DNA from: Anaerolinea thermophila | Lineage (GTDB): Bacteria > Chloroflexota > Anaerolineae > Anaerolineales > DRKV01 | Direction: 5' to 3' | Assembly (NCBI GenBank): GCA_020722405.1 | Contig: DYKW01000001.1 | Span: 18,880 to 45,951 of the forward strand | DNA: 27,072 bases | The notes under the pieces: model-generated | What the model was told of the DNA's origin: nothing | Seen by the model: the letters and a program-made list of their open reading frames with translations, nothing else | Databases searched by the model: none | Program-made: the position numbers and the translations under genes | Shown: one piece after another, positions 8,771-19,391 of the stretch | Layout of the letters: each line of letters opens with the position of its first letter | How positions within the stretch are numbered: position 1 is the first letter of the stretch

Positions 8771-11645
8771 CCTGGCTGTCTCCATTTTCATTACCGGAAA
8801 TTTCTTCAGCGTGTGGCGTCAGGCGTACCTTCACTTCAGGCAGTTCCAATGCGCGGCGAATTTCTTCGGCCGCGGTGCGCAACATGGCTTGAACGTCCAA
8901 TGTTTCGCGCAGACGGGTAACAACTTGCGCGCTAGCACGTTCCAGTTGGGCGCGGCGTTGGCTTTCTTCGAACAGGCGTGAACTTTCAAGCGTTATCCCA
9001 AGTTCTTGAACGATATTGTCCAATAGTTCGATTTCGGTTTCCAGCCAGGAAGTCCCTTCTTTGAAAGCGGTGATTGTGCCCAGAGGCACCCCGCTGCTGT
9101 ACACAGGCAGGGTTAGACGAAAACGGCCGTTTTCATCTGGAGCGTTGCTGGCGAGTGGACGTTTTTCTTGTAATGCCTGTTGACTGACTTCGTCCCACAG
9201 TGGTTGGACAGGCAGTGTTTTATCCTGAATTTGAGCATAAGCAAGTGTACGACGGCTGGTGAGTAAGTTGAGCCAGGCACGTTGGGTCACCTCGCCGTAG
9301 GCTCGGCGGATGTCTTCTAGCGCTTTTTCGTTGCGGGCAAAGAGTTGGGCGTTACTTATGGCGATTGCAATTTGATCGGCCAGCAATTGCATCACTTCGA
9401 CGTCTTCTTGGCTGAAAGCATTGGGCTGCGTGCTTTGTACATCCAGTGTACCCAACACTTCTTCACCCGTTATCAGTGGAATGGCCATTTCGGAACGGGT
9501 ATTGGGCAGGTCTGGATTATTGAAAAACACCGCGTCTTCACCAACGTCTAGGGCAATGCGGGGTTGGCGTTGCGCAGTAACGTAGCCGACAATACCAACT
9601 TGTCCAACTTTTAGTTTGTGCCCACGTGCCAACATGCGCTGACCACCCAGACTGTTGCTGGCTTGTAAGACAGCATACTCGCCGCGTGCATCCAGCAAGA
9701 AAATGCCGACGTGGTAGAAACCAAATCGCTTGCTGATTAACTCGGCCACTTGAGGCAATAGACGATCCAGATCGCGAATCTGGTTCGCAATGTGCCCAAC
9801 TTCGGCAGCCGCCTGAATTTGCGCGCTGCGGCGTTTGAAGGCCGCGGTGCGCTCTGCAATTTGTCGCTCCATACTGCTGAGCGTTGTGTTCAGCTGCTCG
9901 GCCATTTGGTTGAAGGTCTCTGCCAACTGACCAATTTCGTCTTCGCCAGAAATTTCTGCGCGTGCGGTTAAATCGCCTGTACTCAAGGTTTGTGCCACCT
10001 GAGCAAGGCGGTTGATTGGACGGCTGATGACTTGTGTGAACAAAATGGCGCCTATTGTCGCCAGAACGATGGTAATCAAGCCTACAAATTGATTATCTCG
10101 TATTTGAGAGATGAGTGTGCTAGAGAAAGACGTTTCCAATTGGTAGTAAGCCACCTTCCAATTGACACTTCCCAGTGGCAATACTACAGCCCGGTAATTT
10201 TCACCGGCTGGATTGTTCTCCGATTCTACTGGTAGTGGGGCGTAGCCCTCCGGGGCGGTGAAGAATGAGGCTGTATCTGCGTTGGCGATGGCCGTTAACA
10301 AGTTGGGAGATTCTACGCTCATGACTTGCATATATTGTAGGGAGAGATAGCCGCGATTTTGGAGAGACACCAGGTGCGTAGGTGCCTCTGGGCCGAGCAG
10401 TGCCAGCGCCAGTTCGGGGCGAGTACCGTGGGCCAGGTGAATATAGTTGTCTTCCAGTGGGACATATAGTGCAGCAAAGGAGTGCACCCCCAAACGGTCG
10501 TTGAAGGCTTCGATGCGTGCTTGCAGGGCATCTGCCCGGTAGCGTGCGACAATCACACCCAAAAATTCGCCGTTGCGTTGGTTTACAATAGGAGCCGATA
10601 AATATAAGTAAGGCGTAGCAGGGTTGGGCTTAATGCTGAATTGTGGTCGGGAGATATAGGTTACGCCTGTGTCTCGCGGCTGCGTGAAGAAATCACGTTG
10701 GTCGAAGATTGTATTGGCGGAATAAGGGTACATGTAGCCGGTCGTATCTTTGACGACTCTACCATCCGCATCCAGTAGCATATAACCGGAGATATTCTGC
10801 AAATCCGTAGCGCGCAGGTTGCGTAAAAATTGATTGACTTCGCTATCCAAAGGCGTAAGTGGGCGATCGCCTTTAGGCATTTGCAGGTATTGAGCCAGCA
10901 GTGGTACATCGGCCGCGGCTTGGACAATTGCCAGATTACCGCCCAAATAAAGTTCGATATCCGCGCTTACTTGTTGCGCAACACCCAGCAGCGCCTGTTG
11001 CGTACCGCTAGTTACCACCTGCCTTAAGTTGCGTAGCATAAGGGTGCTTTGTGCCACGCTCGTAATTACTGCCAGGCCGATAAAACCCAGCAGCAATTTG
11101 TTTGTAAGCGAGTATTGTGAAAACTGGCGTAGCAAAAACAACCCAAAGATGATGGTCGCTACAATAGAAACTGCTGAAGCATACGTCTGAAACCCTGGTA
11201 TAGGCAGACGCCAGGGAATCTTGGCGATATCCATCGCTGTGGTAAAGAGCGCAATTACCAGGGAGAAAATAAAAATAGGCGTTGTTTGCCGTTGAGGTAG
11301 CGTGGCGGTTGTGGTTGCCAGGGCTATAGTAACAATCGCCATCGCAATGGCTATGCCGAGATTCTCCAATAGCAAACTGCCCGTTATGGCTGCTAGGTAA
11401 ATACTTGCCAGTAGAATGTGTATGCCAATTTCGTGCCGTCCTCGGAGACTAAATTGTATACAAGATAGACTGGCTATCAGGCTTAAAATAGTCGCAACCA
11501 ATGCGCCCCAAATTTGCCATTCTGTATGACCATTGATTAATAACCAGGCATAACTACCCAAAAGGAGTAGTGAAAAAAAGGTAGATATTTGCCCAATACG
11601 GTGAGCAGTGTAAGCCTTGGGAGATGAAAACTCAAGCCTTGTCAT
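8763..11645 (-). CDS. Multi-TM + dCache + HAMP + S-helix + GAF1/GAF2/tail sensor; no output domain
   Basis: Cache-like YMLLDADGRVVKDT...YLYLSAPIVNQRNGEFLGVIVARY; HAMP ISRPINRLAQVAQTLSTGDLTARAEISGEDEIGQLAETFNQM; QIAERT; GAF1 NPDLPNTRSEMAIPL. Confidence 0.92.
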   Translation of the reverse strand: MTRLEFSSPKAYTAHRIGQISTFFSLLLLGSYAWLLINGHTEWQIWGALVATILSLIASLSCIQFSLRGRHEIGIHILLASIYLAAITGSLLLENLGIAIAMAIVTIALATTTATLPQRQTTPIFIFSLVIALFTTAMDIAKIPWRLPIPGFQTYASAVSIVATIIFGLFLLRQFSQYSLTNKLLLGFIGLAVITSVAQSTLMLRNLRQVVTSGTQQALLGVAQQVSADIELYLGGNLAIVQAAADVPLLAQYLQMPKGDRPLTPLDSEVNQFLRNLRATDLQNISGYMLLDADGRVVKDTTGYMYPYSANTIFDQRDFFTQPRDTGVTYISRPQFSIKPNPATPYLYLSAPIVNQRNGEFLGVIVARYRADALQARIEAFNDRLGVHSFAALYVPLEDNYIHLAHGTRPELALALLGPEAPTHLVSLQNRGYLSLQYMQVMSVESPNLLTAIANADTASFFTAPEGYAPLPVESENNPAGENYRAVVLPLGSVNWKVAYYQLETSFSSTLISQIRDNQFVGLITIVLATIGAILFTQVISRPINRLAQVAQTLSTGDLTARAEISGEDEIGQLAETFNQMAEQLNTTLSSMERQIAERTAAFKRRSAQIQAAAEVGHIANQIRDLDRLLPQVAELISKRFGFYHVGIFLLDARGEYAVLQASNSLGGQRMLARGHKLKVGQVGIVGYVTAQRQPRIALDVGEDAVFFNNPDLPNTRSEMAIPLITGEEVLGTLDVQSTQPNAFSQEDVEVMQLLADQIAIAISNAQLFARNEKALEDIRRAYGEVTQRAWLNLLTSRRTLAYAQIQDKTLPVQPLWDEVSQQALQEKRPLASNAPDENGRFRLTLPVYSSGVPLGTITAFKEGTSWLETEIELLDNIVQELGITLESSRLFEESQRRAQLERASAQVVTRLRETLDVQAMLRTAAEEIRRALELPEVKVRLTPHAEEISGNENGDSQDV

Positions 11646-14499
11646 GCGTGACCTCAGATAGGTTGCCGATTTGTACCTGAACTTCCGGCAAGTTGAGCGC
11701 TTGCTGAATTTGGGTTACGGTGGTGCGCAGGATGTTTTCCAGGTCCAGGTTTTGACGCAATTGGGCGGCTGTCTCAATGGTGATTTGCTGTTGCCAGGCA
11801 CTCAATCGGGTTTCTTGTGCCTGACGGGCGCTATCCAGTGCCTGTCCTAATTCTGTGCTTAATACTTGCAAGAATGTAATTTCACTTGGACTCCAGGGAG
11901 GTTGGTCGTCGGGTTTTCGGGCTTGTAGACTCCCGATGGTTAAATCGCGCACCCGTAAGGGGATGTGAAACAAACGGGGATTTTGGGGGTCCACGCGTCC
12001 CTCTGGGGGAATCTCCCCCTCAGGAGATGCTCCGTTACCCGGCAGCAGACGCAAACCGGTGACCTCGCGGCGCACCACTGGAGAAGCCAGCATCTCCATC
12101 TGCCGTTGCCAGGCACGACGATCGAATTGTCCCAATGTGGCACGTTGTTCTTCTGCTAGACGCTGACTTTCTTCAATCAGACGGGCATTTTCAATGGCAA
12201 CGGCGACCTGATCTGCCAGCAATTCCAGGATTGCCACATCATCCTCCTGGAAGGCGTCGGGTTTTGTACTTTGCGCGTCCAGCACACCCAAAACGCGCTC
12301 ACCGATAACCAAGGGGAAGGCGGCCTCAGAACGTGTGTCAGGCAGATCGGGGTTATCGAAATGTATGGCATCCGCACCCACGTCGCGGGCAATGCGTGCC
12401 TGGCGAGTAAAAGCAGCATAGCCAACCAATCCTTGCATACCGACACGCAAGCGGTGTCGACGGGCGAGCATACGTTGTCCGCCGGTACTATTGGCTGCCC
12501 GCAGGATGGCGTATTCCCCCTGTTCATCCAGTAAGAAGATGCCCACGTGGTAGAAGCCAAAGTGCTGACTAATACGCTGCGTAATTAGTGGCAGCAATGT
12601 TTCTAATGTTTGCACAGTGCTAATGGCTTTGTTTGTTTCGGCAATGGCTTGCAACTGCTCGGAGCGACGCGCTAAATCTGAGGTGCGTTCAGCAACGCGT
12701 TTTTCCAGGTCTTGAATCGCCTCTTGCAGGCGGTTGGCCATCAAATTGAGGGCACCTCCCAGGATACCCAGTTCATCTTTACTGGCCTCAGGGGCACGTT
12801 GCTCGAAGTGTCCGGCGGCTATTGCCTGTGCAGTGGCTGTCAGTAATTCTACCGGGGCAACAAATTGGCGGATGCTGACCCAAACCAGGGCAAATAACAC
12901 AATGCCGATGAGCACCATTACGCCGATGGATAGATTGGTAAATATCTGTGCAGAAGCGAGAATCTCGCTTTCTGGCTGTTGAACAACGAGTCCCCAGCCA
13001 TTTTCAAGGGGAACAACGTAAGCCCGCCAGGTGATACCGTTGGCATCGGTGTAGGTAAGCCAGGTATGCTCGCGGGTTTGCAGCAATGTGACAACCGGTG
13101 CTTCTCTGGAATAGTCCTCGAGTTGGGTTAGTTCGGCATCGAGCATGTTGGGATGTGCCAATAGAGTGCCGCTTTGATCGACCAGATAAGCATAGCCGTT
13201 TTCTCCAACGCGGGTGTTGAGTACCGTTTTTGTCAAGTCGTCCAGCGTACTGGCAAACATAGCCACCCCGATGATGTTATCTGCAGCATTGCGAATGGGG
13301 GTGGCGACGACCAATGCCGGTTTCTGAGAGGTGCGTCCAATGAGAACCTGTAGCGATGGGGATTGGCCGCGCAGGGCGTTTTGGAACCACAGGCGGTCGT
13401 TGTAATCTTTTGGGGCGACATCATCACTGCGGGCGATATTACGCCCCAGGACATCGGTAGTGCTCACCAGGTACATGTAATCATGGGCAAGATCCATCGT
13501 GCGTAACAACGGTTTTTGGCGCTCAGGGTCAAGACTGCGAATCTCCTCCTGCGCTGCTACTTTGCGTAGTGCTTCTATATTGAAATTTAGCCACTGTTCC
13601 ACTTGAGTAGCGGTTAAATTACCCAAGTCTTGCAAATGGGTGTCGGCATTGATGCGGGCAAGTTTGTAAACCAGGCCATTTGCCGATAGCGTGAGGAAGG
13701 CAATCATGGGCAGCACGACAACCAGGATAAGGCTGCTGATCAGCGGTTGCATACGGACATGACGCACAGTGCTCCCAATGAATTCTTGACGGTAGGCAAC
13801 AACAACATATACCAGCGCGTATAAAGTACAGGTGATTAACATGACCCACGAGACATTGAGCCAAGGTGTGATTAGGGCCAAGGAATGGGTCAACCCGCTA
13901 AGAATCTGTAAACCAAGCAACGCCCAGGCCAGGTTGCGCTGCCGAGGTGTCAGGTCGGCGCGCCATATCAGCCAGATTAACAAAATAAGGACTGCAGATT
14001 GGGTAACAAATGTGTACGTAATGCGGATCAATGTGCCCAATGGGGTGGCAATAAAGACGCTAGCATTGGGCACTACACCTGGTTGCCAGGTAGCCGGGGG
14101 CGTGAAATATATTTGTCGTCCCAGAGCAATGTCTACCAACATCAGGATAACAGGTAAACTGATAAGTACCCATAGTAAGATGCGCCAGCGGCGATGTTTG
14201 CCGCGTAACAGGTCTGGCCGGAATAGGTAGATGACGATGAAAAACGTAGCCACAGAAATTATGGGAAATAGCGTGGCGATGATGCGTAAGGGCAAAAGGG
14301 CACTTGCCACGTCAGTGGCGTGCAAACCGAGCGCCTCACCAATATTGATGGCAGCCAACAGCAACACATAACCGCCAACGGCCTGATTGGCGCGTTCACG
14401 CGGCGCTAGCGCTAAAATGTATAGTCCCAGCACGACCGGTAGCAATACAAGGAGGTCGGCCAGGATTAGAAACGTTTCTTTTGCTAGAAATTCACTCAT
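11632..14499 (-). CDS. 7TM (HisKA_7TM-like) + dCache_1 + HAMP + S-helix + GAF1/GAF2/tail sensor; no output domain
   Basis: About 7 hydrophobic segments, then typical dCache_1 DYNDRLWFQNAL...PALVVATPIRN...GENGYAYLVDQSGTLLAHPN; HAMP DELGILGGALNLM; LEKRVAERT. Likely start is ATG 14499 (GGGAG upstream, ATGAGTGA overlap); the track uses 14529. Confidence 0.9.
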   Translation of the reverse strand: MSEFLAKETFLILADLLVLLPVVLGLYILALAPRERANQAVGGYVLLLAAINIGEALGLHATDVASALLPLRIIATLFPIISVATFFIVIYLFRPDLLRGKHRRWRILLWVLISLPVILMLVDIALGRQIYFTPPATWQPGVVPNASVFIATPLGTLIRITYTFVTQSAVLILLIWLIWRADLTPRQRNLAWALLGLQILSGLTHSLALITPWLNVSWVMLITCTLYALVYVVVAYRQEFIGSTVRHVRMQPLISSLILVVVLPMIAFLTLSANGLVYKLARINADTHLQDLGNLTATQVEQWLNFNIEALRKVAAQEEIRSLDPERQKPLLRTMDLAHDYMYLVSTTDVLGRNIARSDDVAPKDYNDRLWFQNALRGQSPSLQVLIGRTSQKPALVVATPIRNAADNIIGVAMFASTLDDLTKTVLNTRVGENGYAYLVDQSGTLLAHPNMLDAELTQLEDYSREAPVVTLLQTREHTWLTYTDANGITWRAYVVPLENGWGLVVQQPESEILASAQIFTNLSIGVMVLIGIVLFALVWVSIRQFVAPVELLTATAQAIAAGHFEQRAPEASKDELGILGGALNLMANRLQEAIQDLEKRVAERTSDLARRSEQLQAIAETNKAISTVQTLETLLPLITQRISQHFGFYHVGIFLLDEQGEYAILRAANSTGGQRMLARRHRLRVGMQGLVGYAAFTRQARIARDVGADAIHFDNPDLPDTRSEAAFPLVIGERVLGVLDAQSTKPDAFQEDDVAILELLADQVAVAIENARLIEESQRLAEEQRATLGQFDRRAWQRQMEMLASPVVRREVTGLRLLPGNGASPEGEIPPEGRVDPQNPRLFHIPLRVRDLTIGSLQARKPDDQPPWSPSEITFLQVLSTELGQALDSARQAQETRLSAWQQQITIETAAQLRQNLDLENILRTTVTQIQQALNLPEVQVQIGNLSEVTHDKA

Positions 14500-17218
14500 G
14501 CGCAGAGCTCCCGTTTGTTGTGGGGGCAAATAATTGAACCGTCACTTCTTCGAGGTTCAAAGTAGTGTAAATTTTATCTGCTGCGGTGGTTAGAACGTGC
14601 TCCAGGTCGTTCTGCTGACGGAGCCGGGAGACTAATTCGGCGCGTAGTCCTTCCTGAAAAGCACGTCGTTGGATTTCCTGATGTTGGCGGGCATTCTCCA
14701 GTGCCAACGCCATTTGTTCACTCAGTTCCTGGAGTATTTGAATCTCGCTGGGAGACCAATCTAACGCCTCTGGAGTCTTGTGGAATTGCAGTGCACCAAC
14801 AGGTGTTCCGCGTAACAAAAGTGGCACGGCCAGGATTGGGCCATGTCTGTCACGGGAGGCTACAGGTTGTTTTGTAATCACTGCACGCTCGAGCAAGGGG
14901 GACCATGTATCATCTAAAGGGGAGAGAATCCCCTGCGCATAGCGGTACCCCCAGCGGGGGCGTCCGCCGACCAGGTCACGCCAGGCCTGCAGGGTAAATT
15001 CGCCGAAACTGCGTTTAGCAACCTGCAGGGCATTTTCTCGTTCTTCGAATAGGCGGGCGTTATCCAATGCTACGGCAATCTGATCTGCCATAATTTGCAG
15101 GATGGTCAGTGTGTCTTCATCGAAGGCGTTTGGCTTATCGCTTTGAATGGTGAGTGCTCCTAGAATGCGCCCGCGCGAGCGTAAGGGCAAGGCGGCCTCA
15201 GAGCGGGTATTTGGTAGTTCGGGTGCAGTCAAGCGTACTGCGTCGCTCTCGGCAATTTGGGCGATACGTGGCTCTCCGTGTAAGATGCTCCATCCAATCA
15301 TGCCACTGCCTACTTGAATGCGGTGCCCACGGGCCAACATTTTTTCACCTGCCAGCCCGGTGCCGGCCCGTAGTACTGCCCACTCTCCGTGAGCATCAAC
15401 CAGGAAAAGGCCGACATAATAAAGTTGGAAGCGTGTCTGGATAAAGTTGACAACCTGCGTGATAAGCGCATCTACACTTAGAATATTGCTTATAGCAGCG
15501 GCTACTTCAGAGCCAGCACGGAGTAACTCGGCACGCATTTCTAATTGATGTGTGCGTTCTGCCACTTGAGATTCCAGGTTGGTGAGCAATGTCTGCAATT
15601 GTGTAACGGTTTGATTGAACGCACTTGCAAGTATGCCTACCTCGTCTTTGGTGCGTACTACCGCGCGGACGGAAAGGTCACCGGCAGAAATTCGTTCTGC
15701 AACCTGGGTAAGGTCTAGCAAGGGACGCACCAGGTAGTTGGCGAACGTCAAGATGATCACGGCAATTCCCAGCAAGAAGGCGAGAGAAATGATGCTGCCC
15801 GTGCGGGCTTGTACACGTATGGGGGCCAGGAAAACTTCGCGAGGTTGGGTGAATAGCACTTGCCAGGGGCGAGATTGCAGGTTGTGAATCGCAATGAAGT
15901 ATGGCTCGGTGGTATTGGGATCTAGCGATAATTGAGTGGTATTGCGAAAGGCAAGGTCGCGTAGTTCAGCGGCCGGGATACCGGTCATGTCGGAGAGCCT
16001 CTGCAAACGATTCTGCGGGCTTTCGCCGTGTGCCAGGATGATCTGGTTGTTGTCGAGCAAGATGGCAAAAGAATCAGGGCCGCCAGCGCCGGTATATTCG
16101 CTAACTAGACTTTGCAGTAGGTCTGTGCTGTAACGTATGATGATGGTGCCGATAGGTTGGTTTTCCTCATCGCTTATCTGTGCGACAAAGGCCAATGTGC
16201 TGCGGCCATCAGGATGTGTCTCTATGGGTGATACAAAAGATTCTTCGAGTTGTGCGCGCAAGGCGTAGGATGTATCCAGTGTTTTGATATAGGCACTACG
16301 TTCGACATCGGCAGGAATGTTGGCCAACACCTTCCCGTGAATGTCCACCAGCGTGTAACTGTGGATGAAAGCCGGGTTCGTACTGCGTAAATTTTCCAAC
16401 AAAGTGGCTATGTCCAGTTGTTGTTCTGTCGTATGATTGCCTTCCTGTAGAACAAAATCCTGAATGGTAGGCAAACGGGAGTCCGCGCGTGCCAAACGCA
16501 GTGTGCTGGCAATAAAGTTATCGATTTCATTTGCTGTTTCCTGTGCTGTAGCACTCAGGCGTTGCTGGACGCTTGCAGTCAAGTTTTGTGTAGAGGTATT
16601 GATGAAGTAAGTGGTCAGTCCTAATATGACAAACACAACCCCAAGCAAAGTACTGAGCAGATATTTGGTGCGCAGGTCAAGGTTGGGAAAAGCCCGCACC
16701 AGGTAAGCCGCGTAGAGCAGCACCAAAATAAGGGCCAAACCCCATGCAGTAGCAGGCGAGAGGGGCGCTGTACGGGATGTTGTAATGAAAAAATCGGCAA
16801 TGTAAATCGCACTGCCAGCATTCAAGCCGAATACAATAGCCGTATTGACTTCGCGGCGTGGCAGTGTGAGCGGTGCAACCAGCAAGGTGTAGATGGCAAC
16901 AATCAGGGCTGCTAACAAGGCGATATCCGTGTAGAGCAGTACGGCCGAAGTGGCCAAAAACAACATGCCGATGATTAGCATCCAACCGCCGGCCCGCAAC
17001 CGATTCGCTCGTATCCAGGAGACTCCAATAACGCAGGCCAATAAAAAGAGTGCGGAGATCCCAACGAAGGTCCACTGTTGCCAAACGGGGTCAAGTACTG
17101 CCGTGATCAGATTATAGATGAAAAAAACAATCGCCAGGCCCAGGGTAGCCTGACCGATGTGTACGATGGCAGGTCGTTGTCGAACGGTTTTCCTGATGGA
17201 AACAAGACGTTTTTTCAT
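14492..17218 (-). CDS. Multi-TM + dCache + HAMP + S-helix + GAF1/GAF2/tail sensor; no output domain
   Basis: TM bundle resembles that of the 960-aa paralog; Cache-like YTLVDIHGKVLAN...FAILLDNNQIILAHG; HAMP LVRPLLDLTQVAERISAGDLSVRAVVRTKDEVGILASAFNQ; QVAERT; LPNTRSEAALPL. Confidence 0.92.
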   Translation of the reverse strand: MKKRLVSIRKTVRQRPAIVHIGQATLGLAIVFFIYNLITAVLDPVWQQWTFVGISALFLLACVIGVSWIRANRLRAGGWMLIIGMLFLATSAVLLYTDIALLAALIVAIYTLLVAPLTLPRREVNTAIVFGLNAGSAIYIADFFITTSRTAPLSPATAWGLALILVLLYAAYLVRAFPNLDLRTKYLLSTLLGVVFVILGLTTYFINTSTQNLTASVQQRLSATAQETANEIDNFIASTLRLARADSRLPTIQDFVLQEGNHTTEQQLDIATLLENLRSTNPAFIHSYTLVDIHGKVLANIPADVERSAYIKTLDTSYALRAQLEESFVSPIETHPDGRSTLAFVAQISDEENQPIGTIIIRYSTDLLQSLVSEYTGAGGPDSFAILLDNNQIILAHGESPQNRLQRLSDMTGIPAAELRDLAFRNTTQLSLDPNTTEPYFIAIHNLQSRPWQVLFTQPREVFLAPIRVQARTGSIISLAFLLGIAVIILTFANYLVRPLLDLTQVAERISAGDLSVRAVVRTKDEVGILASAFNQTVTQLQTLLTNLESQVAERTHQLEMRAELLRAGSEVAAAISNILSVDALITQVVNFIQTRFQLYYVGLFLVDAHGEWAVLRAGTGLAGEKMLARGHRIQVGSGMIGWSILHGEPRIAQIAESDAVRLTAPELPNTRSEAALPLRSRGRILGALTIQSDKPNAFDEDTLTILQIMADQIAVALDNARLFEERENALQVAKRSFGEFTLQAWRDLVGGRPRWGYRYAQGILSPLDDTWSPLLERAVITKQPVASRDRHGPILAVPLLLRGTPVGALQFHKTPEALDWSPSEIQILQELSEQMALALENARQHQEIQRRAFQEGLRAELVSRLRQQNDLEHVLTTAADKIYTTLNLEEVTVQLFAPTTNGSSAHE

Positions 17219-19371
17219 GCTTTTTCTTCCGTGGGTGTCTCTGGTGGGGTGCCCAACCGGATTTCCAGTGCACTAAAAGGCATATTTTCGCCTATTTCCT
17301 GTAGTGTATTTTGTAAGATGAGATCGACATCCAACGTCTCACGCATACTGCTGACGATTTGCGTGATGATCTGCTCACGGTGGGCACGTTCTTGCAAGTC
17401 GTTGAACAAACGGGCGCTTTCCAAGGCGTAGGCAATTTGCGTGCTGATTGAAGATAGGATTTCTTGTTCCTCTGGTAGCCAGGATTCCCCAGGGGCTTTC
17501 TCGGCATGAATACTGCCGATGACTTGTTCTTGTACCCGAATAGGAATCTCCAGCCCATCGGCGGTTGGCGGGGGCAACTGGCTGGTATCTAACCTGTGCA
17601 GCCCGCTGGCATCGCTCTCGTAACCCAGTAAGCGGGCCTCTAACAGGCGTTTCCAATCGGCGCGGCTAACCTCACCGTATAGGCGACGGCTGGCTTCAAG
17701 TGCGGCTTGATTTTCTGCTATCAGGCGCAGATTTTCGATGGCGATAGCAATCTGGTCGGCCAGGATTTGCAGAATTTGTAATTCGTCCGAACCAAAAGCC
17801 TCCGGATCGGTGCTTTGCATATCCAAGGCGCCCAAAATACGATTGCCGACTTTAAGAGGGAGGACGATTTCCGCGCGGGTTTGTGGCAAAAGGAGATTGG
17901 GTTTATAGAAGGGATCGTCGCTAATGTCGCGAGCGATGCGGGGTACACCAGTTTGGATTACGTGCCCGACAATACCTTCGGTTCCAACACGTAATGTGAT
18001 GCCTGAAGTTAGAATTTCATTGCTTGATTGTCCAGCGGTAGCCTGCAAGACAGCATGTTCGCCCGTTGCATCAAGTAGAAAGATACCGGTGTGATAAGTA
18101 TGAAAGCGCTCGTGAATCAGCAGTGCTACGCGTTTGAGTAGGATGTCAAGGTCGCTTTGGCTGGCAGCAGTTCGGGCAACTTCGGCGGTGGCCTGCAGGT
18201 AGGTAGTGCGCTTTTCCAGTTCTCGTGTGCGCTCTGCCACGCGGTGTTCCAAGGTGTCCATCACCTGTCTAATATGGGCGCTTATGGTATTGAATGCCCT
18301 GGCAAGCAGGCCAAGTTCGTCATTGGTTTCCAGCGCAATAGGCTGTTCCAGTTCTCCTTCCGTGATACTTTTCGCAGCCGTACGCAAGATGTCGATAGGC
18401 GCCAGTGTGCGGGTGACGGAATAGGCTGTGCCTATACCCCCTAAGAAGAGGGCTAATGCCAGTACCCCTAACGTGATAGCCAAACGTTGATTTTGGGTTT
18501 GGATGATGTCAGAACGGTCCAAGATGATTTCCACAATGCCGATGATACTATCGTTGTTATCGCGTAACGGCGCGGCCCTCACCGCCTGGCGGCTTTCCAG
18601 TGTTTGAATATAAGTCGTTTGGGATGTGCCTGCCAGGACATTCGCGTAAAAAGATGACAAATCTGTTTGCGGTGGTAGTGGCTGCTTGAGGGTGGTTGCA
18701 TAGCCACTGAGTGCCGGAACAGGGCCGGCAAAGTGGGCGGCGAATTGTGCATTGGCGGCAATCAGGGCATCGTTAAGTAACAGGATTTGAAAATCTGTTC
18801 CTATCCTATCTTTTAGGTTCTGCAAGGTGTTGATATCCATGTTCAGGGCGATTTCTACCACGCCAACAAAGTTATCGTTGAAAAACACAGGGGCGACACC
18901 GCGTATGGCCAGACCCTCCGCCCCGATTTCCGGACCGGCAGCGTTGTGTTGCGAGGCAATCGCGGCATTGACAACCGATGTAGACGTGGCGGTGGCTTCC
19001 TCTGGCTTGCCGCGGTGGACGGCGAGAAAAGCACTGCCATCAGGAAGATAAAATTGAAACTCTACAATTGGGAAATTCGTGCGCAGCCTTTGGTATACCG
19101 GACGGGTTTGGGCTAGCAGCGTGTAGCGATCACTACGTGCTAATGCTTGGGCAGCAACGGGGTTGCTTGCTATGCTGTTTGCCAGTCCCAAGGCTAGGTT
19201 GCTTTGCGTTTTTATTTCATCATTAAACATTTGCTGGAAGTGGTCGAGTGTTTGCGATTCATTGGCACGAGTCTCTACAGTAATGGTCAATCTCTGACCA
19301 ATGATGAGTGCGATGAGCAGAATAGCAAACCATAGTAACGTTGGAATGATGATTTTACGACTTAAGCGCAT
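17215..19371 (-). CDS. 2-TM dCache_3-like + HAMP + S-helix + GAF1/GAF2/tail sensor; no output domain
   Basis: TM1, then ALARSDRYTLL...EFQFYLPDGSAFLAVH...GLAIRGVAPVF (Cache_3-type), TM2, HAMP DELGLLARAFN, LEHRVAERT, GAF1 LPQTRAEIVLPL, tail RAHREQIITQIVSSMRETLDVDLIL. Confidence 0.9.
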   Translation of the reverse strand: MRLSRKIIIPTLLWFAILLIALIIGQRLTITVETRANESQTLDHFQQMFNDEIKTQSNLALGLANSIASNPVAAQALARSDRYTLLAQTRPVYQRLRTNFPIVEFQFYLPDGSAFLAVHRGKPEEATATSTSVVNAAIASQHNAAGPEIGAEGLAIRGVAPVFFNDNFVGVVEIALNMDINTLQNLKDRIGTDFQILLLNDALIAANAQFAAHFAGPVPALSGYATTLKQPLPPQTDLSSFYANVLAGTSQTTYIQTLESRQAVRAAPLRDNNDSIIGIVEIILDRSDIIQTQNQRLAITLGVLALALFLGGIGTAYSVTRTLAPIDILRTAAKSITEGELEQPIALETNDELGLLARAFNTISAHIRQVMDTLEHRVAERTRELEKRTTYLQATAEVARTAASQSDLDILLKRVALLIHERFHTYHTGIFLLDATGEHAVLQATAGQSSNEILTSGITLRVGTEGIVGHVIQTGVPRIARDISDDPFYKPNLLLPQTRAEIVLPLKVGNRILGALDMQSTDPEAFGSDELQILQILADQIAIAIENLRLIAENQAALEASRRLYGEVSRADWKRLLEARLLGYESDASGLHRLDTSQLPPPTADGLEIPIRVQEQVIGSIHAEKAPGESWLPEEQEILSSISTQIAYALESARLFNDLQERAHREQIITQIVSSMRETLDVDLILQNTLQEIGENMPFSALEIRLGTPPETPTEEKA

Positions 19372-19391
19372 GGGATCTGCTCCTGGTAAAC

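Noticed and set aside
7766-8791. An ABC transporter operon for thiamine or sulfonate
   Set aside because: Only the binding protein is present; there is no permease, ATPase or visible TPP riboswitch.
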